Origin: Nitrospira japonica | Lineage (GTDB): Bacteria; Nitrospirota; Thermodesulfovibrionia; Thermodesulfovibrionales; SM23-35 | Assembly (NCBI GenBank): GCA_020725385.1 | Contig: DYFC01000034.1 | Location: 64,001 to 128,000, forward strand | Length of the DNA: 64,000 nucleotides | Reading direction: 5' to 3' | Part shown: in pieces, positions 47,933-57,253 of the stretch | How the letters are laid out: every line of letters begins with the position of its first letter | Position numbering within the stretch: position 1 is the first letter of the stretch | Program-made: the position numbers and the translations under genes | Notes under the pieces: model-generated | Database searches by the model: none | The model's input: the letters and a program-made list of their open reading frames with translations, nothing else | What the model was told of the DNA's origin: nothing

Positions 47933-48961
47933 TTAGTACCAGATAACAGTGCCATCTTTTGATTTTACAGGCACTTTTCTTAAAGGCAGATGTTTTTCCC
48001 AGATATGTTTATTTTCAATATACCATTGGATTGTATTTTTGAGTCCATCTTCAAATTTGGTCAAAGGTGTAAATCCAAATATATCATTTGCTTTTTTATA
48101 AGTTGCAATATGTTTTTGGACCTGTCCGAATCTATCAGGAATATAGTCAAAACGGGTTTCATCGAGATTAAATATTTTAATAACTTTTCTGGCAATTTGA
48201 AGAATACTTAATGATTCGCCTGTGCCGATATTGAAAACTTCACCTTTAACCTTTTCTATAGGTGCATGAAGCACAAGGTCAATGGCATTAGAAGTATCTG
48301 AAGCATGTACCCAGTCTCTTTCTGCAGAACCATCACCATGAATAGTAAGTTTTTCGCCGAGTATGCAACTTGTGATAAAGCGTGGTACTACTTTTTCAAG
48401 ATGTTGTTTCGGGCCATAATTATTGAAAGGTCTTAAGATAACAGCAGGTATATCATAGGCAATTATATAAGAAGACACAAGTCTGTCGGCTCCGGCTTTT
48501 GCAGCAGCGTAAGGGCTGGTAGGATTTAGTGGATGATCTTCATCCATGGGTTCATAAATAGCAGTGCCATAAACTTCGGAAGTGGATATATGAATAAACC
48601 GCTCTATTTTTTCGGCATATTTCACAACAGCATTTACGACCGATTGTGTGCCAAGTACATCTGTTATGAAGAATTCTCTATGGGAGTAAAGAGAGCGTGC
48701 AACATGAGTTTCTGCTGCAAAATGAACAATTATATCGGACTTTTTAACAAGGTCGCTGACGAGGTCTAAATTATTGACATCACCGTACCAGAACTCAAAT
48801 CTTTCCGATTCTCTGATTTCCCTGCTTATGTTTTCAATGTCTCCAGCATAGGTAAGGTAATCAAGGACAATAATTTTGTAATTGGAATATTTATTGTAAA
48901 TATGTTCTATGAAGTTACTTCCTATAAATCCGGCTCCACCTGTAACTAATAAAGTCTTCAT
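47933..48961 (-). CDS. rfbB: dTDP-glucose 4,6-dehydratase-like SDR
   Basis: VTGGAGFIGSN, LTYAG, HFAAETHV, ISTSEVYG, YAAAK, NNYGP; STSE rather than STDE, so substrate uncertain. Confidence 0.7.
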   Translation of the reverse strand: MKTLLVTGGAGFIGSNFIEHIYNKYSNYKIIVLDYLTYAGDIENISREIRESERFEFWYGDVNNLDLVSDLVKKSDIIVHFAAETHVARSLYSHREFFITDVLGTQSVVNAVVKYAEKIERFIHISTSEVYGTAIYEPMDEDHPLNPTSPYAAAKAGADRLVSSYIIAYDIPAVILRPFNNYGPKQHLEKVVPRFITSCILGEKLTIHGDGSAERDWVHASDTSNAIDLVLHAPIEKVKGEVFNIGTGESLSILQIARKVIKIFNLDETRFDYIPDRFGQVQKHIATYKKANDIFGFTPLTKFEDGLKNTIQWYIENKHIWEKHLPLRKVPVKSKDGTVIWY

Positions 48962-49057
48962 TCTTCCCCCGTTGCTATATTTTGCCATATCTGCTTAATT
49001 AAAGCATGTATATAAATTTAACATAAAAAATATTTTTTGTTTTTTAATATTGGTATT

Positions 49058-50959
49058 TTATCGGTCTTTTGATACTTGTTTTTTGTATAGAAAGCAATAT
49101 ATTTTGAATGTAAGGTCAAACAGCACAATTAGCGCGAGCCCTGCCATTAATATTACGAGAAACGCATCTATTTTGAAAGTTAATTTTTCAGTATGTGATA
49201 ATGTATGTGAAGCTTTTTCAATAAATATCCAAATTAATTTCCACGAAGCTGTAAGAGTTGTTGTGAACATAAAAAGCATTGGAAGAAAAGTTATCCATGA
49301 ATATCTTGCTTTTCCTGATTTGATTATAAAAACCGTTCCAACTCCAAATGCTATCGCAGCAAGCAATTGATTGGCTACCCCGAACATAGGCCAGATGGTA
49401 GATACGCTTCCGGAATAAATTAGAAAAGACCATGCAGAGACAACCATAAGGCTTGTTATTATATTTCCCGGAAGCCAGCCTGTTCGGGCTAAAGGTTTGT
49501 AGATTATACCTCCGAGTTCCTGTAAAAGAAATCTTGCTACTCTTGTTCCTGCATCTACTGTAGTCAAAATAAATAAAGCTTCAAACATTAAAGCAAAGTT
49601 ATACCAGTAAGGCATAAGTGAATACATGCCCGGTAATCCTGATAATATTGAAGCCATGCCAACTGCAAGAGACACAGCGCCTCCGGGTCTTCCAACAACG
49701 TTTGTTCCAACCATCTGTGAGAATTCATTTACTTTTTCAACAGGAAAGCCGAGAGCTGCTATAGCATCAAAAGACAGTTTTGAATTAATCGCAAAATAAT
49801 CTCCCGGAATAAGTATAGTTGCTGCAATGAGAGCCATTACAGCGACAAATCCCTCTGTGAGCATTGCTCCAAAACCGATCACCGGAATATCTTTTTCATT
49901 CATAAGCATCTTTGGAGTAGTACCCGATGAAATAAGGGAGTGAAATCCAGAAATGGCTCCGCAGGCTATTGTAATAAACATAAAAGGGAACAGTGTCCCC
50001 GGTATTATAGGTCCTCCACCTTTTGTAAATTTCGTAACAGCAGGCATCTGAATATATGGAGCGATAAAAATAACGCCAAGCGCAAGTAATGCTATTGTGC
50101 CTATTTTCATATATGTTGAAAGGTAATCTCTTGGAGCAAGAAGAAGCCAGACAGGCAATACAGAAGCAATGAATCCATAGATAGCGATACTTAAAACAAG
50201 CGAGTTTCTTGATAGATTAAATACAGGTTCAAGGAATGAGCCCGGTATATAATGACCTGTGAACACAGCAATCAAAAGTAGAAAAACACCGATAGCGCTC
50301 ATTTCAAATACTTTGCCGGGTCTAAGACTATGCATGTAAACACCCATCAGAAGTGCTATTGGAATTGTAAGAAAAATTGTAAATGCACCCCATGGACTTT
50401 CAAACAGAGCGTTAACGACAGCAAGACCAAGTCCTGCAAGAGCAACTATAATTATAAAAAGTATTGCGATAGCTGCTGCAAGCCCGCCAACAGGTCCGAT
50501 CTCTTCTTTTGCAATCTGGGCGAGAGATTTACCATTTTTTCTTACAGAAGCAAATAAAATAACCATGTCATGGACAGCTCCACCAAAGGCAGCACCAATA
50601 AGTATCCATAGAAAACCGGGAAGATACCCGAATTGGGCAGCAAGCATGGGCCCGATTAAAGGACCTGCACCTGCAATCGCTGCAAAATGATGACCGAATA
50701 GAATCCAGCGATTTGTTGGATGATAATCAATACCATCAAAAAGTTTCCTGGCAGGAGTTATTCTTTTTTCATCAATTATAAGGACTTTAGAAGTAATAAA
50801 TGCTGCATAAAATCTGTAAGTTATGACATAAAAACATGCTGTTGCCGTAACAAGCCAGAGTGCGTTTATTTTTTCTGCAGGATGAAATATGCCGGTGGCT
50901 ATTGAAAGGGAAACGGCAGCAATTATGGATATGGAAAACCATATAGTTTTCTTAATCAT
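49058..50959 (-). CDS. cstA: Carbon starvation CstA family transporter
   Basis: FGHHFAAIAGAGPLIGP, APRDYLSTY, ACGAISGFH, DAGTRVARF. Confidence 0.93.
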   Translation of the reverse strand: MIKKTIWFSISIIAAVSLSIATGIFHPAEKINALWLVTATACFYVITYRFYAAFITSKVLIIDEKRITPARKLFDGIDYHPTNRWILFGHHFAAIAGAGPLIGPMLAAQFGYLPGFLWILIGAAFGGAVHDMVILFASVRKNGKSLAQIAKEEIGPVGGLAAAIAILFIIIVALAGLGLAVVNALFESPWGAFTIFLTIPIALLMGVYMHSLRPGKVFEMSAIGVFLLLIAVFTGHYIPGSFLEPVFNLSRNSLVLSIAIYGFIASVLPVWLLLAPRDYLSTYMKIGTIALLALGVIFIAPYIQMPAVTKFTKGGGPIIPGTLFPFMFITIACGAISGFHSLISSGTTPKMLMNEKDIPVIGFGAMLTEGFVAVMALIAATILIPGDYFAINSKLSFDAIAALGFPVEKVNEFSQMVGTNVVGRPGGAVSLAVGMASILSGLPGMYSLMPYWYNFALMFEALFILTTVDAGTRVARFLLQELGGIIYKPLARTGWLPGNIITSLMVVSAWSFLIYSGSVSTIWPMFGVANQLLAAIAFGVGTVFIIKSGKARYSWITFLPMLFMFTTTLTASWKLIWIFIEKASHTLSHTEKLTFKIDAFLVILMAGLALIVLFDLTFKIYCFLYKKQVSKDR

Positions 50960-51206
50960 CGCAATTTATTTTAACCCGAATAATCCGGATATTGCTAAAA
51001 AATTATTTATAACTTTCAGCTATGGCAGGATCATTTCGGAGAGAAAAACTTCTTCATCAAGAATAGATAATTTTTTTAGTTTGACTATAGATGTATTGAT
51101 AAAACAGATTGAGAACCAAAAAGACAACAAAGGGCATATTATATTTTTGACATATTTGTTTAATCTGTTCCCTTAGTTTAAATATAACAAATGTTAAATT
51201 TACTTA

Positions 51207-51770
51207 TTAATCAGGTGTTATTCTGCTAAATTTAGCACCTTTTATCGAAACTCCTCCCATTATACCCTTCTGATCAAAAACAAATCCGGCAACAGGATGC
51301 TGGCTACGAAGTGTTTCTACAGAAGCTTCAGTTCCGACATCAATAAGTGTGACTTCAGCGTCAACTCCAGCTTCCCATCCTTCACTTTTTCTGAATTTAT
51401 TTAGCACTTCATCAGTCATAAAAAGAATAATCATATCATACTTAACTGCTCCAATCTGCCATCCAATTGAACCTTCAGCAATACTATAATAGTCAACAGG
51501 TTTTCCTTCAATCAATAATGCACCCTGTCCGTACTTTCCACCAATTATGAAACCGGCTTTAGTAATATCAGGCATGACAAGGACACCTTTTGCACCTTTA
51601 AGATAATTAGTTCCACCTTTAACCTGTTTATTGAAACGAGTCATGGCAGCATTGACACTTGCATTTATCTCTTCTTTAGTTTTTGCATAACAGAATGAAG
51701 AAAGAACCGAAAGAAAAAGAGATAAACAAAATAAAGCAACGAAAATTGTTGAAAAATTACGTCTAAACAT
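51207..51770 (-). CDS. YSC84/SYLF-related lipid-binding periplasmic protein
   Basis: Signal peptide, AKGVLVMP..KAGFIIGGKYGQG, GWQIG, KGIMGGVSIKG. Confidence 0.8.
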   Translation of the reverse strand: MFRRNFSTIFVALFCLSLFLSVLSSFCYAKTKEEINASVNAAMTRFNKQVKGGTNYLKGAKGVLVMPDITKAGFIIGGKYGQGALLIEGKPVDYYSIAEGSIGWQIGAVKYDMIILFMTDEVLNKFRKSEGWEAGVDAEVTLIDVGTEASVETLRSQHPVAGFVFDQKGIMGGVSIKGAKFSRITPD

Positions 51771-51945
51771 TTTAACACCTCCTTATTGACTTTCTGAATC
51801 AATCATATCATATTATGAAATTGTTTGCATTTTGCTCATTTAACTTTTTGCTCTTCGCTCTATGCTCTACGCTTTTTTGCAGACTTGCCAGCGTATAAGC
51901 TTTTTATTGGTTGAAATATTTCTTTCATAATGACAGACTAATTCT

Positions 51946-52686
51946 ATGCAAATAATTACTGCAAAAGCATTGACGAAAAGATATGGAACCCTTGTTGCTG
52001 TTGATTCAGTTGATTTTAATATATTCAAAGGTGAGTGTTTCGGTTTTTTAGGTCCAAATGGCGCAGGGAAGACCACAGTTATGAAAATCATTTATTGTTT
52101 TCTACCTCCGGATTCAGGTGAAGTTAGGGTTTTCGGTCTGGATGTTAAAGAATCTTCAAGCTTAATAAAAGCCCGAACAGGTGTGATGCCACAGGAAGAT
52201 AATCTTGATCCTGATCTTTCGGTTCTGGAAAATCTTATTGTTTATGCAAGATATTTTGATATGCCAAAGAAAAAATCTTTTCCTATCGCAATGGAACTTC
52301 TTGATTTTGTTGATTTGAAAGATAGGCCAAATACGAAAATTACGGATCTTTCCGGAGGAATGAAAAGAAGACTTGTATTAGCCCGTTCACTTATCAATAA
52401 TCCGGAACTGTTGATTCTTGATGAACCGACAACAGGGCTGGATCCGCATAGCCGTAGAAATGTGTGGGAAAAACTGAATTATCTAAAATCAAGAAATACA
52501 ACACTTATTCTTACTACTCATTATATGGAAGAGGCAGAAAGATTATGCGATAGAGTTGCGATTATGGATTCAGGGAAAATAATAACCATTGATACTCCGG
52601 CAAAACTTATGGAAACACACGGAGGACATCTTGAGGATGTTTATCTGAAACTTACAGGGAAGCAACTTATCGAGAGAGCAATATGA
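51946..52686 (+). CDS. ABC-2 exporter ATP-binding subunit (NodI-like)
   Basis: GPNGAGKTT, LSGGMKRR, LDEPTTGLDP. Confidence 0.92.
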   Translation: MQIITAKALTKRYGTLVAVDSVDFNIFKGECFGFLGPNGAGKTTVMKIIYCFLPPDSGEVRVFGLDVKESSSLIKARTGVMPQEDNLDPDLSVLENLIVYARYFDMPKKKSFPIAMELLDFVDLKDRPNTKITDLSGGMKRRLVLARSLINNPELLILDEPTTGLDPHSRRNVWEKLNYLKSRNTTLILTTHYMEEAERLCDRVAIMDSGKIITIDTPAKLMETHGGHLEDVYLKLTGKQLIERAI

Positions 52687-53438
52687 AATTAAGACGTGCA
52701 TTTAGAGTATGGCAAAGAAATTTTACTGTTTATACAAAGCTTTATAAATCAAGCTTTGCTCTGAATTTTGTAGAACCTGTTCTTTATTTAACAGCAATGG
52801 GTTTAGGACTCGGTGCGTTTGTACATGAAATAAATGGTGTGCCGTATATACAATTCATAGCCCCGGGTATAATTGCATCATCTTCAATGTTTGCAGCAAT
52901 ATACGAGTGCACTTATGGCACTTATGTAAGAATGACATACCAGAAAACATTCGATGCTATTCTTGCAACCCCTGTGAATGTTTATGACCTTATAGCCGGC
53001 GAGCTTATCTGGGGAGCAACTAAAAGCATTATTTATGGAACGACAATCATAATCGTAATTTCTTTGTTCGGGCTTGTAAAATCAGCTTTAATAATTTTAG
53101 TTGTACCATTTCTTTTCATTACAGGAATAATTTTTGCAGAAATATCAATTATTTTTGTAGCTATTGTTCCCGGCATAGATTCTTTCAATTATTTTTATAC
53201 GTTGTTTATGACACCGATGTTTCTTTTTTCCGGAATATTTTTCCCTCTTGATAATCTTCCTGCAATTGTTCAGAAAATTGCTTTCTTTACGCCATTATAT
53301 CATCTTGTGAATATATGTCGTGGATTCGCTTCAGGAGATATTAAATACTGTTTGTGGGATATTTTATGGATTACAGTAGTGGTAATAATTCTTGCCCCAT
53401 ATCCTTTCAGACTAATGAGAAGAAGGATATTGAAGTAA
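52683..53438 (+). CDS. ABC-2 exporter permease (NodJ-like)
   Basis: EPVLYL, FIAPG, FSGIFFP, 6 TMs. Confidence 0.9.
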   Translation: MKLRRAFRVWQRNFTVYTKLYKSSFALNFVEPVLYLTAMGLGLGAFVHEINGVPYIQFIAPGIIASSSMFAAIYECTYGTYVRMTYQKTFDAILATPVNVYDLIAGELIWGATKSIIYGTTIIIVISLFGLVKSALIILVVPFLFITGIIFAEISIIFVAIVPGIDSFNYFYTLFMTPMFLFSGIFFPLDNLPAIVQKIAFFTPLYHLVNICRGFASGDIKYCLWDILWITVVVIILAPYPFRLMRRRILK

Positions 53439-53498
53439 ACATTTTATTGGATCATTTTCTAAAGACTTTTAGTGTTTAAATTAGTCATTTTTTTTGTG

Positions 53499-53527
53499 TT
53501 GACACCTTGAAGTCAATTGCTTATTAT
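53499..53527 (+). promoter_or_regulatory. sigma70 promoter of the hsd operon
   Basis: TTGACA (53499-53504)-17 nt-TATTAT (53522-53527). Confidence 0.7.
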
Positions 53528-53563
53528 ATAAGTGTTAATTATTTAACTTATATAATAAGCAAT
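53516..53563. promoter_or_regulatory. Perfect 18-bp inverted repeat, candidate operator
   Basis: ATTGCTTATTATATAAGT-N12-ACTTATATAATAAGCAAT overlapping the -10 box and start site. Confidence 0.65.
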
Positions 53564-53574
53564 AAAGATATAAA

Positions 53575-55341
53575 ATGGTACCTAAGTGGGTTGAAAAAAG
53601 GTATAAGGAGCTATGGAATTCATATAAAGATTCTCCTTTTCGCTTTGAAGATGCAGCAGATGTCCTCAGAAAGAAAATGAAAGATAGCGAAGAACAGGTA
53701 AATGTGATTCTTTCTGAGTTAAGAAAAGGGGGATGGCTAAAGGTAGATTTTGATCCAGAAGATGCAAGAAAAAGAATATACACATTAAAAAGCAGTGAAG
53801 AAATCATTACTCAGATACTTTCTATAAATAATAGCAAGCTAACCAGAAGTGACCTTGAAGGTCTATTAAAGAAAGCAGCCGATCTTATTAGAACACGTGT
53901 TGATTATGCATTTATCCTTTTTCTTCTATTTTATAAAAGGATCAGTGATAAATGGGAAAATGAGTTTGAAAATGCTTATAAGGAAGCTATTGAAGATGGT
54001 CTGAACGAAGAAGAAGCAAAGGAAGAAGCAAAAAATTCAATCTATCATGACTTCGATATTTCACAAGATCTTCTTTGGGAAAATATAAGAAAAGACCCTG
54101 CTCGATTACCAGAAAATTTTTCAAAGGCTATGAAGATTCTGGCAGAAAGAAATCCTGAGTTAAAAGATGTTTTTGAAAATGTTGATTTTGTACAGTTCAC
54201 TACAAACAGGGAAAATGTTGAAATACTAAGACAGCTCGTTGAATTATTCAGTGCCAAGCCGCTACATCACGTCTCTCCTGATATTCTTGGTGATGCATAT
54301 GAATGGATTTTACGCTACTTTGCTCCACAGAAAGCTAAAGAAGGAGAAGTTTATACACCCAGAGAAGTTATAAAACTCATTGTTGAAATACTTAGCCCCC
54401 GACCAGGTGAAAGCGTTTATGACCCTGCACTCGGATCATCAGGCATGTTAATAGCTTCATATAAATATGTAAAGGATGAAAAAGGGAAAAGCGAGGCTGA
54501 TAAGCTTTTTCTTTTTGGTCAGGAAGCCAATCATAAGACCCTTGCGTTGTCGGAAATGAATCTTTTTATCCATGACATAAGAAATGCTCAGATCGCGCTT
54601 GGCGACACCTTGCTTTATCCGAAATTTAAGGAGGGGGAAGGAATCAAGACCTTTGATGTTGTTATTGCTAATCCACCATGGAATCAGGATGGATATGCAG
54701 AGGAGACTTTGAAAAAAGCAGAGTTCTGGAGGGAGAGGTTTAATAAATACGGGTTCCCGCCAAATCAATCAGCAGACTGGGCATGGATAGAGCATATGCT
54801 GTCATCTGCAAACAATAGAAATGGAAGGGTTGGTGTTGTTATTGACAATGGCTGTCTTTTCAGAAGCGGAAAGGAAAAGGCAATAAGAACAGGAATCGTC
54901 AAAGATGATCTTATAGACACTGTTATCCTTCTACCTGAAAAGCTTTTTTATAACACGGGTGCACCAGGAGCAATTATCATTCTTAACAAAAACAAACAAA
55001 AAGAAAGAAAAGGAACGATTTTATTTATAAATGCAAGTAAAGAATATGAACAACATCCAGAGGTCAGAAAGCTAAATCGCTTAGGTGATGAGCATATCAA
55101 TAAAATTGTGAAAGCATACAGAGAATTCACTAATATTGACGGTTTCTCTATGGTTGTAGCGCACGAGAAGATAAAAGAAAATGACTATAATCTGAATGTT
55201 ACCCTTTATGTTTTTCCTGAGGAAGAAACTGAAGAGATAGATATAGAGAAAGAGTGGGAGGAAGCGCATAAGATCGAAAAAGAGCTAAAGGAGATCGAGA
55301 AAAAAATTGAAGACTATCTCCTTGAATTAAAGGAAGGCTGA
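53575..55341 (+). CDS. hsdM: Type I R-M methyltransferase with N-terminal winged-HTH extension
   Basis: LGDAYEWIL, GEVYTPREV, YDPALGSSG, ANPPW; first about 80 aa MarR-like (LSELRKGGWL..DPEDARKRIYTL). Confidence 0.93.
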   Translation: MVPKWVEKRYKELWNSYKDSPFRFEDAADVLRKKMKDSEEQVNVILSELRKGGWLKVDFDPEDARKRIYTLKSSEEIITQILSINNSKLTRSDLEGLLKKAADLIRTRVDYAFILFLLFYKRISDKWENEFENAYKEAIEDGLNEEEAKEEAKNSIYHDFDISQDLLWENIRKDPARLPENFSKAMKILAERNPELKDVFENVDFVQFTTNRENVEILRQLVELFSAKPLHHVSPDILGDAYEWILRYFAPQKAKEGEVYTPREVIKLIVEILSPRPGESVYDPALGSSGMLIASYKYVKDEKGKSEADKLFLFGQEANHKTLALSEMNLFIHDIRNAQIALGDTLLYPKFKEGEGIKTFDVVIANPPWNQDGYAEETLKKAEFWRERFNKYGFPPNQSADWAWIEHMLSSANNRNGRVGVVIDNGCLFRSGKEKAIRTGIVKDDLIDTVILLPEKLFYNTGAPGAIIILNKNKQKERKGTILFINASKEYEQHPEVRKLNRLGDEHINKIVKAYREFTNIDGFSMVVAHEKIKENDYNLNVTLYVFPEEETEEIDIEKEWEEAHKIEKELKEIEKKIEDYLLELKEG

Positions 55342-55343
55342 TA

Positions 55344-56381
55344 ATGTTTAAGCCCAATTTTCACTATACAGATAAAATCGTTAATGATCTTACCCAAATC
55401 GCTGTTGCCAGAGAAGTCATTTTAAATTCTCCCTTCATTCCAAAATGGGAAGTCTCTCTTAGGAGAGAAGCGATAATCAGGAGTGCTCACTCATCTACAG
55501 CGATTGAAGGAAACAGACTTTCACTTGAACAGGTTAGTGAACTGGCGCACGGACGCGAGGTAATGGCAACCCGGAAAGATAAACAAGAGGTCTTAAATTA
55601 TCTTAGGGTTCTTGAATCCATTGACAAGTTGACTGACGGCAAAAAAATTACTGAAAAAGATGTTTTAAAGGCTCATAAAATGATAACACAAGATACCCTT
55701 GAGGATCCTTCTGATTGCGGTGTCTATCGTAATCGTTACGTAATAGTCGGGAACAGATTGACTGGAGAGATTATTTTCAGGCCACCTTTGAATGAAGATG
55801 TCCCGAAATTGATGAAGGCATTGATTGAGTGGTTGAATTCTCCTGAAGCACAGGCTCTCGATCCTGTTATTGAGGCTGGTATAGCTCACTATGAATTTGT
55901 GAGAATCCATCCTTTTGTAGATGGCAATGGCAGAACTGCCCGTGTTCTTGCCACTTTGATACTTTATCTGCGGGGCTTTGATACCAAACAATTCTTCTGT
56001 CTCGATGACTACTACGATTCAGACAGACCATCGTATTATCGGGCTCTCCAGAGCATTGATCAGAAAACCCTCGACATAACTTCCTGGCTTGAATACTTTG
56101 TTACAGGTGTTAAACTGAGCATTGCTACTGTAAAGGAGAGAGTTATACGACTTAGCAGCGAAAGATTACGAAAAACCAAAAAGGGTCAGATTGCCTTGAC
56201 TGAAAGACAGATGAGAATTGTGGAGAAGATGATTCAGAACAATAAAGTCAGTATTAGTGATGTTGCAGAGATGTTCAAAATAACAAGGCAAGCTGCACTA
56301 AAAGAGATGACCAAATTGTCGAAACAGGGGGTTGTACAACTCATTGGAAAAGGCCGAGGCGCTTACTATGAGCTGGTTTGA
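55344..56381 (+). CDS. Fic family protein with C-terminal HTH
   Basis: HPFVDGNGRTAR catalytic motif; SSTAIEGN inhibitory-type motif; C-terminal wHTH. Confidence 0.93.
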   Translation: MFKPNFHYTDKIVNDLTQIAVAREVILNSPFIPKWEVSLRREAIIRSAHSSTAIEGNRLSLEQVSELAHGREVMATRKDKQEVLNYLRVLESIDKLTDGKKITEKDVLKAHKMITQDTLEDPSDCGVYRNRYVIVGNRLTGEIIFRPPLNEDVPKLMKALIEWLNSPEAQALDPVIEAGIAHYEFVRIHPFVDGNGRTARVLATLILYLRGFDTKQFFCLDDYYDSDRPSYYRALQSIDQKTLDITSWLEYFVTGVKLSIATVKERVIRLSSERLRKTKKGQIALTERQMRIVEKMIQNNKVSISDVAEMFKITRQAALKEMTKLSKQGVVQLIGKGRGAYYELV

Positions 56382-56385
56382 AGAT

Positions 56386-56421
56386 GGTTGTCATTTAAGT
56401 TGTCATTTAGGTTGTCGATTA
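56386..56421. repeat. 3 x 12-nt tandem repeat
   Basis: GGTTGTCATTTA AGTTGTCATTTA GGTTGTCGATTA directly after the fic stop. Confidence 0.7.
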
Positions 56422-56637
56422 TATACTTCCTTTGTGAAAGCTGGATTTCCCGATTGATTCGGGGAATGATAAGAGGGTGGGAACGCCGAAGAGTGTTTAT
56501 TTACTTATAACCTCCTTAGTAATGATTATAGAAGGTACACATTTAGTGGATGTCATTCAGAGTCCGCCAAAGGCAGACGAAGAATCTCGTACCTGTGCTT
56601 ATTACATGTGCGATAGTCGAGTCGCCCGAAATAAAAA

Positions 56638-56665
56638 GTATGGGCACGTTTCAACGTGCCCATAT
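56638..56665. repeat. REP-like palindrome upstream of RAYT
   Basis: TATGGGCACGTT-TC-AACGTGCCCATA; variant of the 56953-56980 palindrome. Confidence 0.8.
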
Positions 56666-56681
56666 GTTGCATGAATAAAAT

Positions 56682-57236
56682 ATATATAACCCAGCGATAT
56701 ACCATCGCTGTTCGATACGATTAAAAAATTATGATTATTCACATACAGGAGCATATTTTGTGACCATATGTTCATGGAACAGAGAATGTATGTTTGGAGA
56801 TGTTGTGGATGGTGAAATGCGTTTAAATAAATATGGACAGATTGTGAAGAAAGAATGGTTACAGACAGGAGACATTCGCCAACTTGTGGAATTAGATGAA
56901 TTTATTGTAATGCCTAATCATGTTCATGGGATTTTGGAAATAACCGATTATGGTAGGGGCACGTTGCAACGTGCCCCTACGAAAGAACATTTTGGCAAAC
57001 CTGTACCCAATTCATTACCTACAATTATTCGTTTATTTAAATCCGCATCAACAAAACAAATAAACATATTACGCAACACGCCTGGTTTTCCTGTCTGGCA
57101 ACGGAATTACTATGAACATATCATCCGCAATGAAGATGAATTAAACCGTATCCGAAAATACATCATAACTAATCCATTAAAATGGGATGAGGATGAAAAT
57201 AATCCGATAAATATTAAACATTATGGGGTTTTATAA
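56682..57236 (+). mobile_element. REP-associated tyrosine (Y1/HUH) transposase, RAYT/IS200-like; canonical start codon apparently lost
   Basis: Frame extends upstream of GTG 56760 as IYNPAIYHRCSIRLKNYDYSHTGAYFVTIC; MPNHVHGI, VWQRNYYEHIIR, YIITNP. Confidence 0.85.
56953..56980. repeat. Perfect 28-bp REP-like palindrome inside the RAYT coding sequence
   Basis: GTAGGGGCACGTTG|CAACGTGCCCCTAC, read in frame as GRGTLQRAPT. Confidence 0.9.
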
Positions 57237-57253
57237 ACAAAATAAATAAAAAT

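Noticed and set aside
50889-51176. 95-aa plus-strand ORF overlapping the cstA start
   Set aside because: No recognisable motif or RBS; overlaps cstA antisense. Most other 60-140-aa ORFs in the track are likewise shadows of real genes.
51946-53438. Nodulation genes nodIJ
   Set aside because: Generic ABC-2 exporter of that family; no other nod genes present.
56477-56674. 65-aa ORF between fic and RAYT
   Set aside because: Composed largely of REP-like repeats, with no recognisable domain.
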